From a virus, in UHGV virus genome UHGV-0105104: a DNA stretch of 46,666 nucleotides; one strand, 5' to 3'. The position numbers and the translations under genes were made by a program. The notes beneath the pieces are model-generated. The model was given only the letters and a program-made list of their open reading frames with translations, was not told where the DNA came from and searched no databases. Numbering within the stretch: position 1 is the first letter of the stretch; every line of letters begins with the position of its first letter. Below, one piece after another: positions 38,749 to 46,095 of the stretch.

Positions 38749-39234
38749 ATGAAAATAACTGATTGGTCAGATATTTTTTATTATTGTGATGGGGCTATTT
38801 ACTGGAAGATAAGAACCTCAAACAGAGTGAAAATCGAAAGCGAGGTGAAGGCGGTAGGAGGCAATGGATATAAGATTGTTGGAATCTATGGCGTCAAGTA
38901 TCTTGTTCATCGCATCATCTGGGAAATGCATAATGGGAAAATTCCTGACGGAATGCAGATTGATCATATAGACCACAATAAAACAAACAATAAGATAGAT
39001 AACCTCAGGATTGTCACTCCAAAAGAGAATAATCACAACATGAAGTTCAGGGTGACAAACAAATCAGGTGTTACTGGTGTTTCATGGGATAAACAACATA
39101 AAAAATGTGCCTCAAACATAAAAGTTGATGGCGTAAAGATTCATCTTGGATTGTTTTCTGACTTAAATATGGCCGCTGAAGCAAGGAGAAAGGCGGAGGT
39201 TAAGTATGATTTTCATGAGAACCATGGTAAATGA
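38749..39234 (+). CDS. HNH / AP2 homing endonuclease
   Basis: ...IDHIDHNKTNNKIDNLRIVTPKENNHN plus AP2-like GVSWDKQHKKC...HLGLF. Confidence 0.7.
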   Translation: MKITDWSDIFYYCDGAIYWKIRTSNRVKIESEVKAVGGNGYKIVGIYGVKYLVHRIIWEMHNGKIPDGMQIDHIDHNKTNNKIDNLRIVTPKENNHNMKFRVTNKSGVTGVSWDKQHKKCASNIKVDGVKIHLGLFSDLNMAAEARRKAEVKYDFHENHGK

Positions 39235-39482
39235 TGATGGATAACGAAAATCGCTATGCCTGCGAGCAATACCTTGATGCACTGGTGGCGCTGGAACTAT
39301 CTGCAAAGTTCGCCATGCTCGAGCGCCGCCCGGTAAATGGCAGCATTAAGGCGTGCTGGCAGGCTATCAGGCCGCGAGTGACCAATTACCTCAACCGGAA
39401 GATTTTCGACGGCGTGAGTCGCCAGGCAATGCCACGCGGTGCGCTATGCATGTTGCGCCGTCAGCTTGATGAGTGTGTATGA
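39231..39482 (+). CDS. hypothetical protein
   Basis: 83 aa, ATGA coupling. Confidence 0.35.
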   Translation: MMMDNENRYACEQYLDALVALELSAKFAMLERRPVNGSIKACWQAIRPRVTNYLNRKIFDGVSRQAMPRGALCMLRRQLDECV

Positions 39483-39500
39483 TGTTGCGGGAGAAAACCA

Positions 39501-39653
39501 ATGGTGGTTGACCAAACAGATGCTGATGTCATATCCGCCTATGCCGGACAGCGCATTGACATTAATTACGCGATTGCCATTCACTTAAAGCGATCTGAGT
39601 TTATGGCTAATCTGATTTTGTGGGCGATTAAAAATAAGACGAGGAAGGCGTGA
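39501..39653 (+). CDS. small hypothetical protein (50 aa)
   Basis: MVVDQTDADVISAYAGQRIDINYAIAIHLKRSEFMANLILWAIKNKTRKA; not in the ORF track. Confidence 0.25.
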   Translation: MVVDQTDADVISAYAGQRIDINYAIAIHLKRSEFMANLILWAIKNKTRKA

Positions 39654-39655
39654 TA

Positions 39656-39850
39656 ATGAGAGCCATTCATAAAATAAAAAAAGAAAGCCATGTGAACGAA
39701 ATGATTGAATATTACGGCTGGATTTATGTCCATAAATTTAAATCTTCGCATAGTAACATGCGGAGGATAGCAAGAAGAATGGAGCGAGATGGCAAATTAA
39801 AGATGATATCTCAAGATAAGTTGTTTTTTAGATATGTCAGAACAGAATAA
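39656..39850 (+). CDS. hypothetical protein
   Basis: ATG at 39656. Confidence 0.3.
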   Translation: MRAIHKIKKESHVNEMIEYYGWIYVHKFKSSHSNMRRIARRMERDGKLKMISQDKLFFRYVRTE

Positions 39851-39874
39851 ACCCCCTTTCGGGGGTTTTCTTTA
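39849..39874. terminator. bidirectional terminator (aaccccc-tttc-gggggtt, TTCTTTAT)
   Basis: Between the island and the convergent major tail gene. Confidence 0.55.
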
Positions 39875-40627
39875 TCACTTAACGGTAACAACACACTTGG
39901 TGGAGTCAACGTAATCAGGACTGGTTGCCGAGTCCGTTACGCGGCAGAAGTACGTACCAGCATCGCCATTGACGGCGCCCGCCTTGGTATACGTGGCAGA
40001 AGTTGCGCTGCTAATCGGCGAAGTGCCTTTATACCATTGGTAGGTATAAGGCTCGACACCGCCATCCGCAACTACCGGGCCGAGCGTCAGAGTGTCGCCA
40101 GTAGCAACGTCTTTGGTTTCGCTGATATCAGTAATCAGCGTTAAATCTTCGATGCTGGACACATCAACGGTAGAGCCATCATAAGGCTTGAATTCAACCG
40201 ATCCGGTGATAATGTCGTTGGTGCCGCCATCGTAGCTCAGAGCGGTAATGTTGCAGTAGGCAACAACAACGGTATTACCGGTGGTCTGACGCACCCACAG
40301 CGAAGGCTGACGACGCGCTTTTACTTCGGTGACAAAGTATTTGATGAGGTTGTGCACGCCATACTCATCAGCCTTATCAGCCTTGCGAACCTCAAAATCA
40401 CCAGAAATGGTGAGGTCTGCGGTAGTGACCAGCGTCGCAACAAAGCCATCGCCATCATCAGCCTCTGAGGTAGTGGTGCTTGGGCTGAAGTCGACGCCTT
40501 TTGAGGTCATTGGAGCAAAAAACTTCCAATCTTCCTCTGCTGGTACAGCATCCCAGCAGCCATCAGCCAGCTCGATGAGCGACTGGCGACCTGTGATGAT
40601 GCCGTTATCATTTGCACAAATAGCCAT
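39875..40627 (-). CDS. major tail protein with C-terminal Ig-like (Big_2-type) domain
   Basis: 250 aa; C-terminal ~80 aa ...TLGPVVADGGVEPYTYQWYKGT...GTYFCRVTD...CVVTVK is Ig-like, as in lambda gpV. Confidence 0.55.
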   Translation of the reverse strand: MAICANDNGIITGRQSLIELADGCWDAVPAEEDWKFFAPMTSKGVDFSPSTTTSEADDGDGFVATLVTTADLTISGDFEVRKADKADEYGVHNLIKYFVTEVKARRQPSLWVRQTTGNTVVVAYCNITALSYDGGTNDIITGSVEFKPYDGSTVDVSSIEDLTLITDISETKDVATGDTLTLGPVVADGGVEPYTYQWYKGTSPISSATSATYTKAGAVNGDAGTYFCRVTDSATSPDYVDSTKCVVTVK

Positions 40628-40671
40628 GTTTAGAATCCTCTCTGTTTAGCTAAACAATCGCATTATATCAT

Positions 40672-40700
40672 GTTGACAGGTTTTGATTGGTGGTGTAGAT
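40672..40700 (+). promoter_or_regulatory. promoter TTGACA-N17-TAGATT with GTGTAGATTAAATGG element
   Basis: Seen in the sequence; leads into a ~300 nt leader before the 41004 ORF. Confidence 0.35.
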
Positions 40701-41003
40701 TAAATGGCAGATAGTTTTCGTAAGCGACTTTGCGGGTTTTTAGAAACTGACCACAAAGATAAATGCAAACGAAGAAATGTATCTGGCAGTAGCCTAACGG
40801 CTAAGCACCAGCAAGGTCTTCCGACTCCTTGTCAATGAATTCGGCGCACTGTCCCGGTGTGATTAATAATGGGCACACAACAGGTAAGAGCATTGTCAGG
40901 TAGCTTCAGGGGGCACGCCCGCACTGGTGACGACTTATGCGCAAAAGTACGTGTGGTAAGTCCTGTAGTGCTCTTTCCGTTGTGGTAATGCGGCTATGCG
41001 CAC

Positions 41004-41315
41004 GTGGCAAGGTATAAATATGCTCTTTTTGTGGGTATGCCTGCTGGATTTACCGACCAGCAACCTGGAGGCGCCAGGGCCACAACAATAATTCGAATCC
41101 TGTCGCGGGAACCATCTTCGGGGAGCGCAATTATACAAATCCAAAAAATCCACGATGATTACTGGCGCATAGCTGACAAAAATAACAGCAGGATTGCTGG
41201 TATATCAAAGGTCGGGAAGTGGTATGTTGTCGCAAATGCTAATGGGCGATATGATGCCCGATTCGAATATCTTGGCGATGCCATTGATTATTTATTATGT
41301 AGTAATGACTACTAA
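41004..41315 (+). CDS. hypothetical protein
   Basis: 103 aa, followed by a terminator. Confidence 0.3.
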   Translation: MARYKYALFVGMPAGFTDQQPGGARATTIIRILSREPSSGSAIIQIQKIHDDYWRIADKNNSRIAGISKVGKWYVVANANGRYDARFEYLGDAIDYLLCSNDY

Positions 41316-41345
41316 AAGCCGCTCATCAGCGGCCTTTTTTATTCA
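41315..41345. terminator. rho-independent terminator (aaagccgc-tcatca-gcggcctttttt)
   Basis: Hairpin plus TTTTTTATT. Confidence 0.55.
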
Positions 41346-41722
41346 CCAAAAACAACCCTCAGCAACAACTCATAAACAGGCCTTTTCTCTGTCGTAAGCG
41401 TAGGGCGACCAAGCGGAGCCTGTAGCTGAATCATGCCAATACAACTATCAACGGGATGCTCTTTGATATATGAGATGACATCAAGCGCTTTTGCTTTTGT
41501 CTCCTCGATATTGTACTGACCCTGCTGACCGACAACATAGAGTGAAAAATAATAATCATTGCCGAGGTCTTTGCTTACATTCGTACCGCCATTGGATTGC
41601 AGCACCATAAACCGGTCGGTGCCAACTTCGGTATCGTTCCAGAACTCAAGCTGAGAAGTCCACCCGTCATAAAGACCGGCATCGCTAAGGTACTGTTCGA
41701 CAAGTTCAAGCATATCTCTCAT
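41339..41722 (-). CDS. tail terminator / tail completion-like protein
   Basis: Positional. Confidence 0.35.
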   Translation of the reverse strand: MRDMLELVEQYLSDAGLYDGWTSQLEFWNDTEVGTDRFMVLQSNGGTNVSKDLGNDYYFSLYVVGQQGQYNIEETKAKALDVISYIKEHPVDSCIGMIQLQAPLGRPTLTTEKRPVYELLLRVVFGE

Positions 41723-42135
41723 TTTAGCGTCATCTCTTTTTTAATTACCTGATCGACAAGCTCGCGTGTGTTTTCGCCAGCCTTGAGAAGGAATTTAGGC
41801 TCGCCGCTCTTATCCCATACATTTCCCTTCCCTTTGAGCCGTCCTGTGCGTGGCGTGTTCGTACCCAGCAGCTTACCTGGTGCATTGTGGACATACAGAG
41901 CATAATTAGCTGCATACCCAATCTTGCCAGTTATGCGAGTGCCATTAACCTCAACGGTGTCATACTGGCTGTTTATCAGAACTGATGTGGCTACTGGCGT
42001 CATGGAAGCCGATTCAGTCCTGATGATATAGTTGGCGGCTTTTATTGCTGATACCGCCTTTTCACCAGTGATCTCACCGACTATCTGCTGAGTGCGCTTA
42101 ATCGCCTGCTGGATACCTCGCATTTTGGCGGCCAT
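41719..42135 (-). CDS. neck/tail-component protein (HK97 gp10-like)
   Basis: Positional. Confidence 0.35.
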   Translation of the reverse strand: MAAKMRGIQQAIKRTQQIVGEITGEKAVSAIKAANYIIRTESASMTPVATSVLINSQYDTVEVNGTRITGKIGYAANYALYVHNAPGKLLGTNTPRTGRLKGKGNVWDKSGEPKFLLKAGENTRELVDQVIKKEMTLK

Positions 42136-42138
42136 ACA

Positions 42139-42483
42139 TTACCCCGTCACCAGCGCAAAATCAGGCAGGTCATTGCGGTCCAGCGTATTGCCGTAATTCA
42201 CGACGCTTCTAATCCGGTCAGCTCCGGCGGCCAGCGGGTCAGCACTTGTGACGGTACCAAGCATGATGAAGTCGCCAACAGACGCATCCTGATATTCCGT
42301 CCAGAATGTGTTTTTCTGTGCAATCTCATTGCCAGCTGTGCCGGTGGTCAGATTCTTATCGAAGCCATAATCACACATGATGGACTCTGGCGCGGCGAAT
42401 GTTGGCTTGCCATACTTATCCTTGCCAGTAAGCCGCCAGATTGTGCATGGCTGCGTATAGCTCCATCTCGCTATTGCTGACAT
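42139..42483 (-). CDS. head-tail adaptor / head closure protein
   Basis: Positional. Confidence 0.35.
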   Translation of the reverse strand: MSAIARWSYTQPCTIWRLTGKDKYGKPTFAAPESIMCDYGFDKNLTTGTAGNEIAQKNTFWTEYQDASVGDFIMLGTVTSADPLAAGADRIRSVVNYGNTLDRNDLPDFALVTG

Positions 42484-42601
42484 GGTTCGGCCTTAAGAGT
42501 ATAAACCCAGCGCGGAACTGGAAGGCGCAGCAATACCAGAATAACCAACAACGGCATGCACCATTTACGGATTGCGATATTTACAGTTAATGTTGATGTT
42601 T

Positions 42602-42994
42602 TCATCTGCACTTGCTCCCGGTGACAACCCGAAACCACGGCTTTGCACTTCCATCAGGCTCTTCCACAAGGTCGCCTGTGCAATCTGCCGTATCGAGTAG
42701 CTTCATCTGATTGTAAAGGGCCATCCACGGCTTGCTTCCATAGCCAAATGATTGCGACGCACCAGATGGCGCCCGGTGGCTGGTGATGTATCTCCCGGCT
42801 GTATTTGAGGCGATTAGGATAGATGCCCATAGCAGAATTGCATCCTGCCTGCATGTGTCTTCGGGGTAATTAAGCTCAAGGCACTCTGTGATGCTCGTTA
42901 CCAGACACAGGATTCCCGTTGCGTCTGCCGTGGTGATAGTTACGCCTCTTGACGCCATGGCGGCGACAAGTTCACTTGCTGTCGGTGCTGCCAT
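42602..42994 (-). CDS. head-tail connector protein
   Basis: Start at MAAPTASELV... Confidence 0.35.
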   Translation of the reverse strand: MAAPTASELVAAMASRGVTITTADATGILCLVTSITECLELNYPEDTCRQDAILLWASILIASNTAGRYITSHRAPSGASQSFGYGSKPWMALYNQMKLLDTADCTGDLVEEPDGSAKPWFRVVTGSKCR

Positions 42995-43262
42995 TCTTTT
43001 TGCTCTCCCGAATCTTCCACCACATCTCAAAAAGGTTTTTTGCCACCAGTGACAGCGCGCCAAGGATAGAGGCCACCGCCGCCCACTCGGTAATCGAATG
43101 GGGGATCATTGAGGCAATGTATGATTGTGCGACTGGCGTCTGCTCTGCCACCTTCAGGCCAAGTCCCGTGCCGATGGATGTATAACCGGCTTTGTCGATT
43201 ACCTGGCCGACAGTGCCACTAATTATCTGGTTTGCGGCGTGCTGAAGCGCGTCTCTCATCAA
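42972..43262 (-). CDS. hypothetical protein with C-terminal TM segment
   Basis: 96 aa. Confidence 0.3.
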   Translation of the reverse strand: MMRDALQHAANQIISGTVGQVIDKAGYTSIGTGLGLKVAEQTPVAQSYIASMIPHSITEWAAVASILGALSLVAKNLFEMWWKIRESKKNGSTDSK

Positions 43263-43420
43263 TTATTCTCCGAATGATGAACTTCCAGCATCTGTACACC
43301 TGAACCAGCGAAAACGCCATGACGATAACGCCTATTGCTATATCCAATTTCGCCGCCTTACGTTTTTCAGGACGGAACAGCGCTGGGTGAGTGTTGTTGG
43401 TTTAATTTTATCATAAAGTG

Positions 43421-43463
43421 TTGACGTAGATTGAGGGTGTCGCTATAGTGATGACGTAGAAAC
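43421..43463 (+). promoter_or_regulatory. promoter of island H: TTGACG-N17-TATAGT with TTGACGTAGATTGAG and a second GATGACGTAGAAAC element
   Basis: Same -35/spacer/-10 as the late promoter at 17673-17701. Confidence 0.5.
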
Positions 43464-43488
43464 AACAATAAATGTTAGAGGTGATGAG

Positions 43489-43704
43489 ATGAGTAAAGAA
43501 AACAATGGCGTCCCTGCATATCCAACGCAAGGGTACGAAGGTTTGACTGTTCGTGATTACTTTGCGGCAAAAGCGATGCAGGGATGGCTGGCAAGTTATC
43601 CAGAGAGCAATCAGCACCCTGTAGCTACTCACCATGAAAACATGGTTGCTGAACTTTCTTACCTGATGGCTGATGCAATGCTGAAAGCTCGGGAGGCTGT
43701 ATGA
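43489..43704 (+). CDS. hypothetical protein
   Basis: 71 aa, GAGGTG Shine-Dalgarno. Confidence 0.4.
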   Translation: MSKENNGVPAYPTQGYEGLTVRDYFAAKAMQGWLASYPESNQHPVATHHENMVAELSYLMADAMLKAREAV

Positions 43705-43732
43705 GTGATGAATTTAAAGGTACGCCGTCGCC

Positions 43733-43993
43733 GTGACGCGCGAGCACGGCGATGAGGCGGTTAAGGTTGTCGAAGAGGCCGCAGAAGAATCGCGCGCCAA
43801 TGGCAAAGAGAAAATCACTGCCAAAGTGCTTAAGCCGAAGAAAGCCAAACCTGTTGATCGCCTGATTGAACTGCTTAAGCTTGCTGACCATGTGATTCTG
43901 CCTAAAGGTCACACCACAGCGCAGGATGAAGAGTTTATCCAGATTCCTGCCGCTGATATCCGCGAAGTACTGGAGATTCTGGAGAAGATGTGA
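43733..43993 (+). CDS. hypothetical acidic/basic protein
   Basis: 86 aa. Confidence 0.35.
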   Translation: MTREHGDEAVKVVEEAAEESRANGKEKITAKVLKPKKAKPVDRLIELLKLADHVILPKGHTTAQDEEFIQIPAADIREVLEILEKM

Positions 43994-44250
43994 TGACAAA
44001 TAAATTAATTCCATGCGCAAGCCAAGGGAAGCGTTATGCTACTAATATCTGCGAGCACCTGGCTGAATATCTTCAATATGTGTCCAACAAAAAAACCAAA
44101 GGTCTGGTTGCTTGTCATTCTGTGTTGATTTCAACTGGAGAATCTCTTGGGCAAAAAATTACATACCAGTCAGGAAATGGCAGCCCTGTAATCCTGAACT
44201 TCTGCCCATTCTGCGGTGGAAAACTGCATAGCATTAATGATGAGGGCTAA
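43990..44250 (+). CDS. small Cys-rich (CPFCGG) putative zinc-binding protein
   Basis: C9, C21, C42, C72-x2-C75; ATGA coupling. Confidence 0.35.
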   Translation: MMTNKLIPCASQGKRYATNICEHLAEYLQYVSNKKTKGLVACHSVLISTGESLGQKITYQSGNGSPVILNFCPFCGGKLHSINDEG

Positions 44251-44428
44251 CAATTACGACCCCCGAAGACTTCATCGCCAAAAACATTCGGGCGAAAATC
44301 CAGGATATTGAGCAGGGCGCGATTGATGCGGCCATTCAGCATTACAAGCGTCGGCAGCCCGAGAAAAAAGGAGGCATGTTTGATGAGTGCCTCAAGATTG
44401 CAAAACAACATATGATGAAGGTGAAAAA

Positions 44429-44965
44429 ATGAAACTAAAAATCAGCAAGCTGTTACTGGAAGGGGCGCTGATGTTTCAAGCCAAACAGGATGTGCGTTAC
44501 TACCTTAATGGCATTTGCTTTATGCCTGATGGTCGTGTTGCCGCTACTGATGGTCATCGCGCATTCATTGCCAGTAAGCACGAAAATAAACTGGCCGATA
44601 ATGTTATTGTATCTGTCAGTAAGTCCCCGACTAAGCGCTATGCATATGCATTGCTGGATACTAAAACTAAAATTGTTACTTACCATGACGAACATGAAAT
44701 AGTGGTTGGCGCTGGCATCTGCTCTGAGATTGATGGCCGATTCCCTGATATTGATCGCGTTATACCAAAGCAGACCGCACCAGCAGAGCAGATTGGCTTT
44801 AACGCCAAATACCTGGTAGACGTTGAAAAGCTGGCGAAATTGTTCAGTCCGAAATATGAAAGTGTGCGCTTTTACCTGAACGGCAATACCAATGCAGCCG
44901 TTGCAAATGTCAGTGCGCCTACAGGCGAGCCAGCAAAAGTTATTGTTATGCCGATACGCATTTAG
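44429..44965 (+). CDS. truncated beta sliding clamp (DnaN) homolog, 178 aa
   Basis: QDVRYYLNG, ATDGHR, DGRFPDIDRVIPK, QIGFNAKYLVDV and C-terminal VIVMPIRI align with E. coli DnaN QDVRYYLNG / ATDGHR / DGRFPDYRRVLPK / EIGFNVSYVLDV / YVVMPMRL (recalled from memory). Confidence 0.6.
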   Translation: MKLKISKLLLEGALMFQAKQDVRYYLNGICFMPDGRVAATDGHRAFIASKHENKLADNVIVSVSKSPTKRYAYALLDTKTKIVTYHDEHEIVVGAGICSEIDGRFPDIDRVIPKQTAPAEQIGFNAKYLVDVEKLAKLFSPKYESVRFYLNGNTNAAVANVSAPTGEPAKVIVMPIRI

Positions 44966-44970
44966 TCAAC

Positions 44971-44997
44971 AAAGCCCCTTTCGGGGCTTTTCTTTTA
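44971..44997. terminator. bidirectional terminator (aaagcccc-tttc-ggggcttt, TCTTTTAT)
   Basis: Between convergent island H and the 272-aa structural gene. Confidence 0.55.
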
Positions 44998-45816
44998 TCA
45001 CGCCTGATAAGTATCATCCTCAAACCACGAAACGTAAGCATTGATATTTTGCGCCGCAGTATCCAGGGATGTGATGCGCAACAGATAGGTAGTATTAGGC
45101 GCCATGATGACCTGTTCACCAAGTTTCGCCTGCGAATTACCCTGCCCCTGATTAGATGCGTTCCCTTCACTATACGTCGCGGCCACCGTCAGCTGCCCGA
45201 CACTTGTCACCGTGGCCCCGGTAAGTAATTGCGCGGTCGCTGCCTGCGGTGTCAGGTCATTCGGGTTATTAATCTCCGCAGCGGTGCCGCCAGTTGCTAC
45301 AGCACCACGATAAATTGACGCAACAACTCCCTTTCCGGTATAGCCAATAATGCGCTGGTTAAACACGACCTGCTTTGTGCCAGTAATAAAAATACTGTCG
45401 AGGTTAGCGCCCCCTGCCACATCCGTTACCCGGCGTGATGCTGTGAAAAGCTTACCCTGCTTGTTGGCGAGTTCGGTATAGGGCTGAGCAACGACCTGAC
45501 TTGATGGCACTGAGGTGTCAGCTCGCCACACCAAAACTTTCAGGGAAGCAACGCCAGCAGGAAGCTGGGACTTGATCACCTTCAGTCGCAGTGCTACGCC
45601 ATAATAATTATTATTGTTAACGTCAATCCAGAAATCACCAGATTCGAATGGCGATACCATTACGGAAACAGAGCCGCTTGTTAATGGTTCATGGCCGCCC
45701 GAAGAGTTTAACGGCACAATCTGTACCTGCAATGCAGTCCAGTCTGCTGACATGGTTTCGCTAAGCAAAACCTCTCCGTCAGTCGGAGTTGTGTTTATTT
45801 CGTACCTGACAGCCAT
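44998..45816 (-). CDS. structural protein of unknown role (Thr/Ala/Gly-rich, beta-rich; possible head fibre/decoration)
   Basis: Start at ATG 45816 with GGGGG Shine-Dalgarno. Confidence 0.35.
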   Translation of the reverse strand: MAVRYEINTTPTDGEVLLSETMSADWTALQVQIVPLNSSGGHEPLTSGSVSVMVSPFESGDFWIDVNNNNYYGVALRLKVIKSQLPAGVASLKVLVWRADTSVPSSQVVAQPYTELANKQGKLFTASRRVTDVAGGANLDSIFITGTKQVVFNQRIIGYTGKGVVASIYRGAVATGGTAAEINNPNDLTPQAATAQLLTGATVTSVGQLTVAATYSEGNASNQGQGNSQAKLGEQVIMAPNTTYLLRITSLDTAAQNINAYVSWFEDDTYQA

Positions 45817-45830
45817 GATAACCCCCAATA

Positions 45831-45858
45831 AAAAACCCGCTTGTTTGCGGGTTTATTT
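45831..45858 (-). terminator. strong rho-independent terminator on the minus strand
   Basis: Minus strand reads aaacccgc-aaacaa-gcgggttt then TTTTTTATT. Confidence 0.55.
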
Positions 45859-46052
45859 TACTTGGTTTTCTTTGCCTTTGGCTGCGATTCTTGCGGAGTT
45901 GCAACTTCCAGAACTTTCTCGCTAACCGGGCGAAGTTTTGACTCAATGTGTGGGCTTGATTCGTCAATGATATCGCCAATAGCAAGCTCACGCAGGCGAC
46001 CATCTTTATCCTTGACGAAGATTCCGCTGGCGATAACTTCGTATTTAGCCAT
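45858..46052 (-). CDS. hypothetical small protein downstream of MCP
   Basis: 64 aa, GAGGT Shine-Dalgarno. Confidence 0.35.
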   Translation of the reverse strand: MAKYEVIASGIFVKDKDGRLRELAIGDIIDESSPHIESKLRPVSEKVLEVATPQESQPKAKKTK

Positions 46053-46069
46053 GATAACCTCTGATAGTT

Positions 46070-46095
46070 AAAAGGGGCTTTCGCCCCTTTATTTT
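46070..46095. terminator. hairpin terminator immediately after the MCP stop
   Basis: aaaggggc-tttc-gccccttt then ATTTTTAC. Confidence 0.45.

Noticed and set aside
41085-41110. tRNA-like T-loop sequence (AATTCGAATCC ... ACCA)
   Set aside because: Could not build acceptor, D or anticodon stems on either strand by hand; probably a chance match inside a leader region. Needs a tRNAscan or Infernal run.
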